DNA from: an uncultured Gammaproteobacteria bacterium
GTDB taxonomy: Bacteria; Patescibacteriota; Microgenomatia; Daviesbacterales; UBA10151
DNA: 64,000 bases
Assembly (NCBI GenBank): GCA_964415615.1
Contig: CAYQAW010000002.1
Span: 1,897-65,896, forward strand
Direction: 5' to 3'
The position numbers were made by a program, and so were the translations under genes. A model generated the notes under the pieces. It worked only from the letters and a program-made list of their open reading frames with translations. It had not been told where the DNA came from and did not search any database. Shown piece by piece: positions 34,408 through 45,778 of this stretch (the first letter of the stretch is position 1; the number at the start of each line of letters is the position of its first letter).

Positions 34408-36716
34408 TATCAGGACTTAGCTCTTCTCAAGCTCAAGAGATTATAAAAGAATATGGTTTGAACCGCTTGCCACAGAAGAGTGGTATTTCTGCGGTCAAGA
34501 TATTCTTCCGGCAAATACAAAATCCTTTTTCTATTTTACTTTTTGGAGCAGTAATGCTTTCAGCTTTAGTTGGAGATCTTTTGGATGTGTTTTTAATTGC
34601 AGGTATTTTAGTTTTAAACATAATTTTAGGATTTTGGCAAGAATACAAAGCTTCAAAAGAGCTGGAAGCCTTGAAAAAGTTTGAAGTACTTTTTGTGAGA
34701 GTTTTAAGAGACGGCAAGCAGGTTAAGATTGCATCAACAGAAATTGTTCCAGGAGATGTGGTGATTTTAGAATCTGGAGATAAAGTCCCTGCAGACGGTA
34801 AGCTTTTAGAAAGCTACTCATTGCAAGTTAATGAGGCAGTTTTAACTGGTGAATCTTTACCAACTGTAAAGTCAATAAAACAGGATGAAAATCTGGTCTT
34901 TTTTGGAACGACTATTGTATCTGGCCGGGCAAAAGTATTAATTACCCAAACAGGGATAAAAACTAAATTTGGGACTATTGCCCAGGATTTAATTCAAATA
35001 GAAGACGAACAAACCCCCTTGGAAAAATCCCTGGCAAGTTTAAGCCGGTGGATTGGTATTGCAGCAATCAGTATTGCAGCTGTGATTTTTGTTTTAAGAG
35101 TATTACAAGGGTTTGAAGTTGCCCAAGTGCTTTTGGGGAGCATTGCTTTAATGGTAGCCATTGTCCCAGAAGGTTTGCCGGCTGTTTTAACCTTAGTACT
35201 TGCAATAGGGATTAGAAGAATGTATCAGAAAAAAGCTTTGGTGCGGAAAATGATTGCGGTTGAATCTTTAGGAGCAGCAACTGTAATTGTGACAGACAAA
35301 ACAGGCACTTTGACTAAAAATGAGATGAAGGTCAAAGAAGTAAGCGCGGGAGAACACAGAGAAGAAGAGTTGCTGCAATGCGCAGTGTTTTGCAATAGCG
35401 CCAGTTTAGTACTAAAAGAAGATGGAGATGAATACGATATTTTGGGTGATACCACAGAAGGTGCTTTGCTTCTTTGGGTAAAAGAGAAGGGTTTAGATAT
35501 TGATTTGATGAGAGCAGAAGGAAAATTGATTGAGGAGATTCCCTTTAATTTGCAAAGTAGAAAAATGACGGTTGTTTGGCAGGATAATACTCAAAAAGCT
35601 ACTTTTACCAAAGGAGCGCCTGAAGTTTTGATTACTGAGTCTTCTTTGTCTGAAAAGGAAAAAGAGAAATGGGATCTAAAATACAAAGAGATGGCAAAAA
35701 AAGGCCTCCGGGTTTTAGCATTTTCCAAGGATAGAGAATTCTTAGGTTTAATTGGAATTGCAGACGAGGTGCGTCCTGAGGTAACAGATGCAATCGGTGC
35801 AGCAAAGCAAGCAGGAATAAAAGTTGTAATGGTGACAGGTGATAACGAACTGACAGCAAAAGCAATAGGTGAAGAGCTTGGGTTTTTAAAGGAAGGTGAT
35901 GAGATTTTAACTGGAGCACAACTTGAGGAAATGAGCGATGAAGATTTGCAAAAAAGAATAGGCAAAATCAAAATTTTTGCTAGAATCACTCCTCAAGAAA
36001 AATTGAGAATTGTTAGAACTTTCCAAGCTATAGGAGAGGTAGTGGCAGTAACTGGGGACGGGGTAAATGATGTTTTAGCTTTAAAACAGGCTGAAGTGGG
36101 AGTTTCTATGGGCAAAATTGGTACTGATGTATCAAAAGAAGCCTCGGATATAGTGCTTTTGGATGATAACTTTGCAACTTTAGTTGCAGCTATTGAACAA
36201 GGAAGAGTAATTTATAGCAATATCTTAAAAGTCGTAAAGTTTCTACTGACAGGCAACTTATCAGAAACTTTACTGATAGGTTTGGCAGTTGTTTTAGGTT
36301 TCCCTACTCCCCTTTTGCCTACTCATATTTTGTGGATTAATTTTGTAACAGATGGATTGCCAGCTTTAAGTTTAGGGTTTGATAGTCCTTCAAAGCATGT
36401 GATGAAAAATCCTCCCAGAAAAGATTCAAATCTGCTGGGGCCAAATATGATCAGGTATGTAATTGCTGTTGGAGGCATTATTGCAATCCTTTGTTTAGGG
36501 GTTTTTTACTACCTGTTTTCTAATTTTGGATTACAGATTGCCAGAAATGCCACTTTTACTACAATGGTAGTTTCCCAGATGATCCTCCCCTTCTTTATCA
36601 GAAAACATCATACCATTCTTTCCAATAAAAAATTATTTGCATCAGTTGTTATTGTTTTGGTGATGCAGCTTTTGATTCTTACTTATCCTCCGCTGAAGTC
36701 CCTGTTTAAAATCTAA
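34404..36716 (+). CDS. Cation-transporting P-type ATPase (P2-like).
   Basis: Phosphorylation motif DKTGTLT. TGES. Hinge motifs in the contexts MVTGDN and VTGDGVNDVLALKQA. About 8 TM helices. Confidence 0.85.
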   Translation: MISGLSSSQAQEIIKEYGLNRLPQKSGISAVKIFFRQIQNPFSILLFGAVMLSALVGDLLDVFLIAGILVLNIILGFWQEYKASKELEALKKFEVLFVRVLRDGKQVKIASTEIVPGDVVILESGDKVPADGKLLESYSLQVNEAVLTGESLPTVKSIKQDENLVFFGTTIVSGRAKVLITQTGIKTKFGTIAQDLIQIEDEQTPLEKSLASLSRWIGIAAISIAAVIFVLRVLQGFEVAQVLLGSIALMVAIVPEGLPAVLTLVLAIGIRRMYQKKALVRKMIAVESLGAATVIVTDKTGTLTKNEMKVKEVSAGEHREEELLQCAVFCNSASLVLKEDGDEYDILGDTTEGALLLWVKEKGLDIDLMRAEGKLIEEIPFNLQSRKMTVVWQDNTQKATFTKGAPEVLITESSLSEKEKEKWDLKYKEMAKKGLRVLAFSKDREFLGLIGIADEVRPEVTDAIGAAKQAGIKVVMVTGDNELTAKAIGEELGFLKEGDEILTGAQLEEMSDEDLQKRIGKIKIFARITPQEKLRIVRTFQAIGEVVAVTGDGVNDVLALKQAEVGVSMGKIGTDVSKEASDIVLLDDNFATLVAAIEQGRVIYSNILKVVKFLLTGNLSETLLIGLAVVLGFPTPLLPTHILWINFVTDGLPALSLGFDSPSKHVMKNPPRKDSNLLGPNMIRYVIAVGGIIAILCLGVFYYLFSNFGLQIARNATFTTMVVSQMILPFFIRKHHTILSNKKLFASVVIVLVMQLLILTYPPLKSLFKI

Positions 36717-36755
36717 GATTTATGCTATGATTGCTCTCATCCTGCTTAAAGATAA

Positions 36756-37013
36756 ATGTCTGAAATAGTTTTTAATGCGCCCCAATCCTCTTTGCAGGAT
36801 CAAATTGTAAATTTTCAAACTACCTTAGCATCTTTAAATCAACAAGTTATTAGTTTGCAGGAAGCCTTACAGGAGAGAGATCAGGAAATTGCTGAACTTA
36901 CAGCCTCCAGGGCCTCGCCCTGCGAGGCTAAAACAGATGAAACCTTGACAATAGTAGGGCTTTTCATTAACCTATATAAATTCTTAGTTTCTCTCCCCGC
37001 CCAACAAAAATGA
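36756..37013 (+). CDS. Small coiled-coil protein.
   Basis: Heptad-like region. No family recognised. Confidence 0.3.
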   Translation: MSEIVFNAPQSSLQDQIVNFQTTLASLNQQVISLQEALQERDQEIAELTASRASPCEAKTDETLTIVGLFINLYKFLVSLPAQQK

Positions 37014-37285
37014 ATTGGCTTGTAATATTTATCTTTGTAACAATAAATGAGGCTATCATCGAATATTTGCTGGGTAATATAAAGGAGCTAAAACCCTATA
37101 TTCCCCTGCTCTCTTTGGCTGTAGCTATACTTTTAACTTTTGGCTACAAAGTAAGTTTGTTTAATATTTTTTTGAATACAGAAATCCTAAGTCCTTTTTG
37201 GGATTTTTTACTTTCAGCTTTAATCATAGCCAGGCTTTCTAACTTCTTAAATGATGCTGTCCAAAAGTTTCTAGGAAGCAGGTAA
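37010..37285 (+). CDS. Small membrane protein (2-3 TM).
   Basis: Hydrophobicity. 4-nt overlap with the upstream ORF. Confidence 0.3.
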   Translation: MNWLVIFIFVTINEAIIEYLLGNIKELKPYIPLLSLAVAILLTFGYKVSLFNIFLNTEILSPFWDFLLSALIIARLSNFLNDAVQKFLGSR

Positions 37286-37333
37286 AAAATTGACAAAACA
37301 TGCATAAATATCTTATGATCACTCACTAACCAT

Positions 37334-38737
37334 ATGACAAGCTTAAGAACACCGGAAACACCATTAAATGTTTTTGTCTATGGTAGACCACAAGACCCGC
37401 TTCAGGCAGAAGTGATTGGTGGTTTAAAAGAATCCATGCAGGTACGCGGGGCTGTTTTTCAAGATGAGCCCGACAAGCAAACTAAGTTAATAATAGTTCC
37501 AGCACAATTGGGTAAGGATATACCGCTTCTTAAGCTACCGTATCATACGTTAGGTAAAAGAATTGACAGATATCAAGCAAAAATTGTTAGTTTTGCTACT
37601 ACTCCGCATATTCCTACTGATGTTTCAGAGATAGAATTAGGACATTTAGCTAAAGTGCTTGATATGCGGACAGCACTTAATGTGCTTGGTATACGTATAG
37701 AACTAGGGTATTTGGCTACAGCGCTTGATATTCTGAAGGGGCATAGGGATAGAGAGGAATTAGTCCGGTTGGCAAACGGCAGAGGATTATCTGCTGTAGT
37801 TGCAATGGGATATCCACAAATTCCTCATGTTGGTTGTTCCTATTCGCTTGTTGTAGAGGGTGATCAAAATAGCAGATCTCCACGAACGGCCTACCTTATT
37901 GGTCTTGAACAAAGTCACCCACAAATTGGAACTACCGGGACTTTTTATGAAGATCTTGCTGTTAAATTCGAATCTCAGGCCAGAGATCAGTTGATAATAG
38001 CAAATCATACAAGACGCGATGTTGTTTTACCCCGGGCAATTTATGAAAGATCAATACGTCCAGAGGCCATTATTGCAGCTGGAAAAAAGATGAAAGAATG
38101 GAATATGTATCCTCCAGGGTTCCCCTTTCAGAACTTTACCAGTCCAGATAAGGTGTTATATTATAACCGTTTTCTTCAAGTTACTGGTTTAAGCTATGGT
38201 AATATTAGTATGCGTGCTTCAGATGAAGAAGCAGAATTTGGTGGATTCTGGATGAGTAAATCAGGCGCAAAAAAGGATAGATTGCTTCCTACGGAAGTAT
38301 ATCTTGTTACCGGGTTAATAGAAGGAAAAAATGTTATGGGAAGAGCTCAAATTGAGGGAACAAAACAAGACGGGCGTGTGTCTGTTGATGCAATTGAACT
38401 TCAAAAAATCTTTCAGAAATATCTTAAAGTAGGTGCTACTGCGCATGGACACGAAGGACTTATCAATCCTAAAACTGGTAGACCTTTTACATGGTTTCCA
38501 GGTTATGAGGAGGTTGAGGGTACATTTGTAGTTTGTACTGACGAACAGCATCTTTGTGGTAGTATAGAACTTGGTGAAGTAACGGTTGCTTCTATTGCTA
38601 GATCTCCCGATCCTGCAAAGACTATAGTTCTGCAGAGACGTCATGGATTTCAGGCTCTTGGTCAGGATTTTGATGAGTTATTTGGTCGCTTAGGATCCTT
38701 GCGTCATCTCCTGACTTTAGAAATCCCTCAAGATTAA
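37334..38737 (+). CDS. Two-part protein: an unknown N-terminal domain of about 270 aa fused to a C-terminal class II aldolase/adducin-like domain.
   Basis: C-terminal blocks: a context GNISMRASDEE...FWMSKSGAKKDRLLPTEVYLV, then ATAHGHEG (the His-Zn site region), then a context VLQRRHGFQALGQDFDELF. These follow the fuculose-phosphate aldolase / MtnB pattern (GNIS-R, H-H, HG-vGk--eeAF). The gene is visibly GC-richer than its neighbours. Confidence 0.5.
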   Translation: MTSLRTPETPLNVFVYGRPQDPLQAEVIGGLKESMQVRGAVFQDEPDKQTKLIIVPAQLGKDIPLLKLPYHTLGKRIDRYQAKIVSFATTPHIPTDVSEIELGHLAKVLDMRTALNVLGIRIELGYLATALDILKGHRDREELVRLANGRGLSAVVAMGYPQIPHVGCSYSLVVEGDQNSRSPRTAYLIGLEQSHPQIGTTGTFYEDLAVKFESQARDQLIIANHTRRDVVLPRAIYERSIRPEAIIAAGKKMKEWNMYPPGFPFQNFTSPDKVLYYNRFLQVTGLSYGNISMRASDEEAEFGGFWMSKSGAKKDRLLPTEVYLVTGLIEGKNVMGRAQIEGTKQDGRVSVDAIELQKIFQKYLKVGATAHGHEGLINPKTGRPFTWFPGYEEVEGTFVVCTDEQHLCGSIELGEVTVASIARSPDPAKTIVLQRRHGFQALGQDFDELFGRLGSLRHLLTLEIPQD

Positions 38738-38740
38738 GGG

Positions 38741-38950
38741 CTATATAGGTTTTCCGGCGAGGCCGTACATCAGGAAGTCATTTGCAAAGCCAATTAGCTG
38801 GAATGGCCAGGTAAAAATTACACTATAAAATCCCGGTGATAAAAATGAAAGAAATGACCAGCGGTAATATATGGCAAAGGCCACAGCTATTATAAATCCT
38901 ATCATAAAATAGGCAATAGCTATACCAGATAATATTTTTTCTTTAGACAT
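38741..38950 (-). CDS. Small membrane protein (69 aa).
   Basis: Two hydrophobic helices. Immediately upstream of gyrA on the same strand. Confidence 0.3.
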   Translation of the reverse strand: MSKEKILSGIAIAYFMIGFIIAVAFAIYYRWSFLSFLSPGFYSVIFTWPFQLIGFANDFLMYGLAGKPI

Positions 38951-41497
38951 CTATGTTTTTTCTTTTGATGCTACTACTGTTGCTGCTGCTACTTTTTCTC
39001 CGGGTCTCACTCTCATTAAAATTACTCCCTGAGTCTGGCGTTGCAGTGTTGGTACTTCTTCGAGGTTCATTTTGATAAGCTGCCCCTTGGTAGAAGTTAA
39101 TACCAAAGTATCCATAGTTTCATTAATTGCCTGAGCTGTCACAATTGGTCCAGTTTTGGCTGTAACCTGTGCTGCTTTCACACCCTGTCCCCCTCTTCCC
39201 TGCTTATTCCAGGCTGAGAAAGGTGTTTTTTTACCTAACCCATTCTCCATAATTACCAGTAATTTGTCTTCATTGTTTGCAACAAGACTTAAAGAAACTA
39301 CCTCATCACCTTTTCCTAACCTTATCCCTCTAACACCAGAAGTATCACGGTGAGTTGGTTTGACTTGAGATTCTGAAAAACGGATTGATTTACCACTTCT
39401 TGCCACAATAATTAAATCGTCTTTGCCACCCGTTGCAGCCACCCAGCCAAGTTCGTCGTCTGGGTCTAATTTAATTGCCACCAAACCGCTTTTTCTGATA
39501 TTGGCGTATTCTGCAAGAGACGTTTTTTTGACAGTGCCTTTTTTGGTACACATAAAGAAAAACTGAGCGCTTTCACCTTTTTGGCGGGTAGTTAAAACTG
39601 CCGTCACTTTTTCTCCCTGTTCAACATTGATTAAGTTGACAATTGCCTGCCCTTTGGCAGCTCTTTGTGTTTCTGGAATTTCCCAAACTTTAATTTGAAA
39701 GACCCTGCCTTTGTCTGTAAAGAATAGAATGCTGTCATGAGTTTGAGTGTAGAAAATATGAGAGACAGCATCAGTTTCTTTGGTAGAAATACCCATTACT
39801 CCCTTGCCTCCTCTGGCTTGAGTCCTAAAAGACATTGGAGCTTGGCGTTTGACATATCCACCTTCAGTAATGGTGGCAATTGTTACTTCATTTGGTACCA
39901 GATCTTCTTCAGAAAACTCTCCTACTTTTTGTTTATAGACCCGGGTTTTTCTGTCGTCTCCATATCTTTCTTTAATTTTGCTAAGTTCCTCTTTGATAAC
40001 TTTTAAGACTTTTTCAGGATGGGTAAGTAAATCTTCCAAATAAGCAATTGTCTCGCGTATCATTGCCAGTTCATCTTCAATTTTTTGACGTTCTAGAGCT
40101 GCTAGTTTTCGCAGTTGCATATCCAAAATAGCCACAGCTTGAATTTCAGTGAACCTAAATTTAGCCATCAGATTGCTTCTGGCAGCATCTGCATCTTTAC
40201 TCTTTTTAATTGTTTCAATAACTGCATCAATTGTATCAACAGCAATTTTTAAGCCTTCCAGGATATGCTCTCTGGCTTTCGCCTCAGCCAACTCAAATTC
40301 TGATCTTTTCCTAACAACTGTTTGCCTGTGATGAATAAATTCTTCTAAGATCCGTTTTAAAGTGAGTAAGTGTGGAACTCCATCTGATAAAGCCACCAAG
40401 TTAACATTGAAAACAGACTGCATGTAAGTGTGCTTATAAAGGTTGTTTAAAAGTGATTGAGGTTTGGCATCCCGTTTTAAATCAAAAACAATTCTGACCA
40501 TCTGTTTGCGGTCAGATTCATCCCGTAAATCTGCAATTCCTTCAATCTTTTTATCTTTTACTAAATCTGCAATTCTAGCAATAAGGGTAGCTTTATTAAC
40601 TTGGTATGGCAGTTCTGAAACAATAATCTGCATTTTGCCTTGGGGGGTTTCATCAATTTCTGCTTTTGCTCTCATGATTATTCTGCTCTTTCCTGTGGCA
40701 TATGCTGCCAAAATTTCTGTTTGATCATAAATAGAAGCGCCTGTGGGAAAATCCGGGCCTTTAATAAATTGCAGGAGATCTTCTACAGTAGCTTCAGATG
40801 AAAAGCTATCAGTTTTCAGTACCGCTTCGCTCTCAGCTGTCAGACTTTCTTGTTTTTCATCTGACGACTGACGACTGATGACTGATGACTGCTTTGTAGG
40901 GTGATCTATCATGTATACGAGAGCATCACAAACCTCCCCTAAATTATGAGGTGGGATTTGTGTAGCCATACCAACAGCAATACCAGAGGCGCCATTTAAA
41001 AGCAGGTTAGGTATAACTGATGGCAGCAGTATAGGTTCTTGGGTAGTACCAGAATAGTTATCAATGAAGGATACGGTGTCTTTATTTATATCCCGTAGTA
41101 ATTCATCAGCAATAGCTGATAGTCTAGCCTCTGTATAACGCATTGCCGCAGGACTGTCTCCATCTATAGACCCATAGTTACCCTGTCCGTCCACTAACAT
41201 ATATCTCATAGAAAAGTTTTGAGCCATTCTAACCATAGCCTCATATACTGGGGCATCACCATGAGGGTGGAAGTTTTTCAATACTTCTCCAACAACAGCT
41301 GCGCTTTTTTGGTAGCGGGAGGTATGATGTAAACCTTGCTCATGCATGGCAAAGATGATTCTTCGCTGGACTGGTTTCAGACCGTCTCTAACATCAGGTA
41401 AGGCGCGGGAGACAATAACAGACATGGCATAGTCCAAATAGGACTTTTGCATTTCTTCTACAATAGGCGCTGGTTGTACTTTTCCAATGTTTGACAT
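38951..41497 (-). CDS. gyrA: DNA gyrase subunit A.
   Basis: N-terminal context [32 protein letters not shown]. Active-site Tyr region. C-terminal beta-pinwheel repeats. The start is probably the internal Met (MSNIGKV...) rather than the ORF-track start at 41539. It carries an insertion of about 35 aa before the GPDFPTGA context. Confidence 0.9.
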   Translation of the reverse strand: MSNIGKVQPAPIVEEMQKSYLDYAMSVIVSRALPDVRDGLKPVQRRIIFAMHEQGLHHTSRYQKSAAVVGEVLKNFHPHGDAPVYEAMVRMAQNFSMRYMLVDGQGNYGSIDGDSPAAMRYTEARLSAIADELLRDINKDTVSFIDNYSGTTQEPILLPSVIPNLLLNGASGIAVGMATQIPPHNLGEVCDALVYMIDHPTKQSSVISRQSSDEKQESLTAESEAVLKTDSFSSEATVEDLLQFIKGPDFPTGASIYDQTEILAAYATGKSRIIMRAKAEIDETPQGKMQIIVSELPYQVNKATLIARIADLVKDKKIEGIADLRDESDRKQMVRIVFDLKRDAKPQSLLNNLYKHTYMQSVFNVNLVALSDGVPHLLTLKRILEEFIHHRQTVVRKRSEFELAEAKAREHILEGLKIAVDTIDAVIETIKKSKDADAARSNLMAKFRFTEIQAVAILDMQLRKLAALERQKIEDELAMIRETIAYLEDLLTHPEKVLKVIKEELSKIKERYGDDRKTRVYKQKVGEFSEEDLVPNEVTIATITEGGYVKRQAPMSFRTQARGGKGVMGISTKETDAVSHIFYTQTHDSILFFTDKGRVFQIKVWEIPETQRAAKGQAIVNLINVEQGEKVTAVLTTRQKGESAQFFFMCTKKGTVKKTSLAEYANIRKSGLVAIKLDPDDELGWVAATGGKDDLIIVARSGKSIRFSESQVKPTHRDTSGVRGIRLGKGDEVVSLSLVANNEDKLLVIMENGLGKKTPFSAWNKQGRGGQGVKAAQVTAKTGPIVTAQAINETMDTLVLTSTKGQLIKMNLEEVPTLQRQTQGVILMRVRPGEKVAAATVVASKEKT

Positions 41498-41611
41498 AAA
41501 AGTAATTTGGAAGAAAAAACGAGCTTCCGCTCTGTTCAAATTATACCCTTTCTTATGTTTTAAGACAAGGCTTTTGCGTAAGTTTGTGCGTAGTGATATA
41601 ATCCCCTGTAA

Positions 41612-42235
41612 ATGAGAAATAATGAGCGGTGTTTAGTGATCATACCAATTATACATACTGCTGCCGATATGATGAGTTTGAGATCATCAATTCCCCGCGA
41701 CGAAAAAGACGAGAAATTTGCTCTTGCCCAATGGGGAAAGGTTTTTAGATATCTTCGTCATTGGTCACCAGGATTTTTAAAAGGCCTAAAAGTATACCAG
41801 GATGGGTTGCCTGATTCTTCAGAAGATAATTTGAATAAAATTTTAGCTCAAGCTCAGTCGGGAAACTATGATGTTTTACGATGGTTAAGGATTAATAGCG
41901 CAGTAATAATAGGGACTGAAAGCGTACAGCTTCTTGGGGAGGAATATCAGCTTTTAGCTGATAGGTATCATGCGCCTGATGAAGAGTTGTGGGCGCAGGC
42001 GACCTTAAAATACCTTAGTCGAAGAGATCAACTATTGGCAGACCGTGATGCTTATATTGCTCAAAGAATAGACAGTACCCTGATGCCTGGTGAGGCTGGA
42101 TTGCTTTTCATTGGGTTGGGACATAATATTAAACCGTTATTATCAGACAAAATGAGGCTTAGAGAACCAGGAATGTTTAATCCAGGTAGATTATCAGCAG
42201 AATGGGGAAGGGAGTTAGTATGCCAGAACGTTTAG
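41612..42235 (+). CDS. Hypothetical protein (207 aa).
   Basis: Coding look and higher GC than the surroundings. No motif recognised. Confidence 0.35.
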   Translation: MRNNERCLVIIPIIHTAADMMSLRSSIPRDEKDEKFALAQWGKVFRYLRHWSPGFLKGLKVYQDGLPDSSEDNLNKILAQAQSGNYDVLRWLRINSAVIIGTESVQLLGEEYQLLADRYHAPDEELWAQATLKYLSRRDQLLADRDAYIAQRIDSTLMPGEAGLLFIGLGHNIKPLLSDKMRLREPGMFNPGRLSAEWGRELVCQNV

Positions 42236-42798
42236 CGCCTCTCTCATTAATACAGGTTAATGCAGGGTTTGGCATAGGAGGCATAAGGAGAGAAACTGCA
42301 GGAGGTAATAATGGGTCCGGAAATCCTTGGGAAGAGAGTCCTGGAACAGATTGGGGAAAAACAGTCAAAGGACGTGTTTATGGAGGCTCCGGAAGACCAA
42401 CTGCGGATTATAGGAAAACGGGCACTCCACCATATTTTCCAATAACATGTGAGGAAATGGGTTGGGTGGAAAATGGTAATACTGATGCTGGAAGATTCAG
42501 AGTCTATCTGCAGTTTCATGGTATTGATCTTTCAGAGGCTAGGTTTTTGAAAAGCGGAGAGCATTATCTACGGCCTGCTGGATCTGACAGCGCTGTCTAT
42601 GCCAGGTTGAGAGGTGAGATTCTAGTAATTGCCACATTTGGAGATATCATAGAATGTCAACTGAGAGTTTTAGGACTTCAATCCTATGACAGGTCTTTAG
42701 GGAATTTCCATTTTGGTCAACTATTAAATTATGATCCCAGAAGAATGGGGATTTCGGTAAAGGGTAATTTAGTAGCTGTAGGGTACCCCCGGCCTTAA
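42202..42798 (+). CDS. Hypothetical Gly-rich protein (198 aa).
   Basis: Overlaps the end of the previous ORF. GC-richer than the surroundings. Confidence 0.35.
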   Translation: MGKGVSMPERLAPLSLIQVNAGFGIGGIRRETAGGNNGSGNPWEESPGTDWGKTVKGRVYGGSGRPTADYRKTGTPPYFPITCEEMGWVENGNTDAGRFRVYLQFHGIDLSEARFLKSGEHYLRPAGSDSAVYARLRGEILVIATFGDIIECQLRVLGLQSYDRSLGNFHFGQLLNYDPRRMGISVKGNLVAVGYPRP

Positions 42799-43377
42799 TT
42801 TTCTGGGCCAATTACGCCAAGCTTCCCTGTCTCTGTATAAAGGAAATTCTTCTTTTTCTACACAATGTAGTTTATTTGGATCAGTAATTAAATCTACAAA
42901 TACTTTTCCATCCAAATGATCAATTTCATGCTGAAAAATCCTTGCCACATAGCCAGAGTATTTTCTAAACTCCCGTTTACACCCCAAGGGTGTAAACTTA
43001 AATGATTGGATTTTGATAGAAGTTGATCTGGAGACTATTCCACAAACTTTGCCTGTGGAATAACATCCTTCATACCATTCCCCTTTTTCTTTAGACTTCC
43101 AAACTATTTTAGGGTTTATAAATATTTTTAAGTTTCCCACTTTTCCCTTACCATCTGCTGCTATATCTACTAAAATAATTCTTTTTAAAATTCCTATTTG
43201 TGGTGCAGCAAGCCCAACCATAATAGGTTTATTCTTCTCTTGCTGTTCTCCAAAAGCCACATTTAGCATTGCTTCTATAATCTTTTTAGTGTCTTTTGAA
43301 TTAATTTCTCCTTGAGGAATTTCTTGGGAGATTTGTGTTAAGCGTGGATCATTTGGTTTTAGAAAGTTTTTCCTCAT
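42769..43377 (-). CDS. def: Peptide deformylase.
   Basis: A conserved context GLAAPQIG. An EGCxS-type motif in the context EGCYS. HEIDHLDG. Confidence 0.85.
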   Translation of the reverse strand: MRKNFLKPNDPRLTQISQEIPQGEINSKDTKKIIEAMLNVAFGEQQEKNKPIMVGLAAPQIGILKRIILVDIAADGKGKVGNLKIFINPKIVWKSKEKGEWYEGCYSTGKVCGIVSRSTSIKIQSFKFTPLGCKREFRKYSGYVARIFQHEIDHLDGKVFVDLITDPNKLHCVEKEEFPLYRDREAWRNWPRKLRPGVPYSY

Positions 43378-44260
43378 AAGCCATATTAACTAATTTATCC
43401 ATGAGTTTAGGAAATGGTATCCCGATTGCTTGGGCTGCTTTAGGAAAAAGAGAGGCAGCTGTAAGCCCTGGGATGGTATTGATTTCTAAAACATGGGGTT
43501 TTTCCTGATGGATAATAAAATCAATTCTGGAGTATTGCCCTAATTTAAAAGCCTGATGTACTTTTAAAGCAATTTGCTGGATAGATTTAGTAAGACTTGC
43601 GTTTACAGAAGGCGCATTTGGAATCTCTTGAGTCTTTCCTGAATATTTATTTTTATAATCAAACCATTTACCAGTGGGAGGAATAATCTCTATTAAAGGC
43701 AGAGCTTTATTATTTAATATTGCAGCAGTTATTTCAGTTCCTGGTAGGAATTTTTCTACAAATAAATCTGAGTTTAGTTCTAGTAATTTTTGACAGTTGG
43801 ATCTCTTTAAATCTTCTACTGTTTGCAAGATTATTACTTCTTTTGATGATCCTCCATTTGAAGCTTTCAAAACAGAGGGAAAGCCAAATTTTAAAATATC
43901 CTTTTTGGTTTTAATTTTTTTCCAGGGAGCAGTCAAAATATTATTTTCATCGCAAAATTTTTTAAAGGGAATTTTATACCACCCTTGCTGAAATCCTTTT
44001 GGATCCCCACCTACAAAAGGCTTGCCTAAAGAAGATAAAAACTTTTGTAGTCTTCCTCCCTCTCCTTCCTCACCATGCAGAACTGGAAAAATTACATCAA
44101 AATCTTTGACTAGCTTTTTAAGTTTTTGTTGGCCTTTCTTTAAATCAAAAAGTTTTGCTTGATGCCCACTGTCTTCCAAACCTTTTTTTACCTGCTTAGC
44201 TGATTTTAAAGATACAGGTCTTTCAGATGATGTACCACCAGTGATTATAAATACTTTCAT
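43349..44260 (-). CDS. ddl: D-alanine--D-alanine ligase.
   Basis: N-terminal context MKVFIITGGTSSERPVSLKSA. ATP-grasp architecture. Followed by alr. Confidence 0.85.
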   Translation of the reverse strand: MKVFIITGGTSSERPVSLKSAKQVKKGLEDSGHQAKLFDLKKGQQKLKKLVKDFDVIFPVLHGEEGEGGRLQKFLSSLGKPFVGGDPKGFQQGWYKIPFKKFCDENNILTAPWKKIKTKKDILKFGFPSVLKASNGGSSKEVIILQTVEDLKRSNCQKLLELNSDLFVEKFLPGTEITAAILNNKALPLIEIIPPTGKWFDYKNKYSGKTQEIPNAPSVNASLTKSIQQIALKVHQAFKLGQYSRIDFIIHQEKPHVLEINTIPGLTAASLFPKAAQAIGIPFPKLMDKLVNMAYEEKLSKTK

Positions 44261-45393
44261 AGCAATATCCTTTTTGTGGAAGCAGCCAGAGAAATGAGTA
44301 TATCATATGGAATAGTTTTGCAAGTTTTAGCAACATTTTGAATAGAGTTTGGATCTGACGGACTGTTTGAAAAAACTATTACCTCTTGACCGATTTGAGG
44401 ATTTGGGACTTTAGAAAGATCAATAGAATTAATGTTCATAGAAACTCTGCCCAAAATTTTACAAGAGATATTATTAATGGTTACCCAACCTTTGTTGGAT
44501 AATCTTCTATCTATTCCATCATAATACCCAATTGGTAAAACCCCAACTGTTAAATCTTTTTTAGCAATATAAGTGCCATCATAACCTACTCTATCTCCTT
44601 TTTTAACTTCTTTTATTTGTGCAATTTTAGTTTTTAAGGTTAAAGCTGGTTTTAGTTTTGGATCAAAAGTACTAGAAGAAAATCCATACAAAGCAAGACC
44701 TGCCCTAGCTAAATTAGAAACACTGGCTATAACCGGTCTGGTAGCAGGGTTGATAATAGCTCCTGTAGCAGATATATGAAACCACTTAGGGTTTACTTTT
44801 AATTTTTTGCAAATTTCTTTGGCTTTTTTGAATTGTTTAATTTGGCTTACAAAAATAGGATCTGTTTTACTTTCAGAAGAAGCAAGGTGTGACATCAATC
44901 CTTCCATTTTAATATTTGGTAATTTCTTTAGTTCTTCCAAAAAATGAGGCAAATCTTTAACTGGTACCCCTTCTCTGTGCATGCCAGTATCTACAAAAAT
45001 ATGTATTTTGCAGCCTGGTTGAAATTCATTTAAAACTTTGGCTGAATCCAAATCAAAAACTGCAAAAGAGAAAGGCAGCCTTTTTATTTTCAAATTTTCT
45101 GGATTTGTATATCCCATTACCAAGATTTTGTTTACCACAAAGGTATCTTGTAGTTGGTAAGCTTCATACAAACTATCCACACAAAAGAAAGGGAAATTTA
45201 ATTCATCCAAAACTTTTGCTACATTTTTGGTTCCATGCCCATAACCATTGCTTTTGACCACAGGGGTAATTCTAACTTTCCTGTTGAGGGAAGAAAGGTA
45301 TTTAAAGTTATAAAGCAGATTATTTTTAGAGATCTCAATAACATTGAGTGTTTGATATTCTCTTTTAAAAACTTTAAGTAATCGTTTTAACAT
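44257..45393 (-). CDS. alr: Alanine racemase.
   Basis: PLP-lysine motif in the context VVKSNGYGHG. Size and C-terminal beta domain fit. Confidence 0.85.
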   Translation of the reverse strand: MLKRLLKVFKREYQTLNVIEISKNNLLYNFKYLSSLNRKVRITPVVKSNGYGHGTKNVAKVLDELNFPFFCVDSLYEAYQLQDTFVVNKILVMGYTNPENLKIKRLPFSFAVFDLDSAKVLNEFQPGCKIHIFVDTGMHREGVPVKDLPHFLEELKKLPNIKMEGLMSHLASSESKTDPIFVSQIKQFKKAKEICKKLKVNPKWFHISATGAIINPATRPVIASVSNLARAGLALYGFSSSTFDPKLKPALTLKTKIAQIKEVKKGDRVGYDGTYIAKKDLTVGVLPIGYYDGIDRRLSNKGWVTINNISCKILGRVSMNINSIDLSKVPNPQIGQEVIVFSNSPSDPNSIQNVAKTCKTIPYDILISLAASTKRILL

Positions 45394-45448
45394 CTACATC
45401 AGGCAGGGAGAAGTAATTATACTCTAGATAGCTGTTATTTTCTATATT

Positions 45449-45778
45449 TTGCAACTTGACATTTATTATCAAAACATTATAATAATAATACCGATTATGA
45501 ATACTATTCTACAAATTCCTATTAATAAAAGTTTGCGTGATAAAGCTGCTTCTAAAGCTGCTAAGATGGGTTTTTCTTCTCTTCAAGAAGTTGTTAGGCT
45601 CTTTTTAAATAAAATAGCAGAAGGTGAAGTTAATATAACTTTTCAAGAATCTGTTCAGTTATCACATGAGGCTATTAAGCGTTATAATAAAATGATTGAT
45701 GAAGTGGAGTTAGGTAAAGTAAAGACCAAAACGTTTACAGATGTTACTAGCTTAATGCAGCATCTGAATGAAAATTAA
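45449..45778 (+). CDS. Type II antitoxin (RelB/DinJ-like), partner of the downstream toxin.
   Basis: Small protein overlapping the toxin start. The alternative internal Met (MNTILQIP...) is the likely start. Confidence 0.5.
   Translation: MQLDIYYQNIIIIIPIMNTILQIPINKSLRDKAASKAAKMGFSSLQEVVRLFLNKIAEGEVNITFQESVQLSHEAIKRYNKMIDEVELGKVKTKTFTDVTSLMQHLNEN

Noticed and set aside
42177-42519. Minus-strand ORFs 42177..42368 and 42247..42519.
   Set aside because: Antisense to the two GC-richer hypothetical genes on the plus strand. Short, overlapping each other in different frames.
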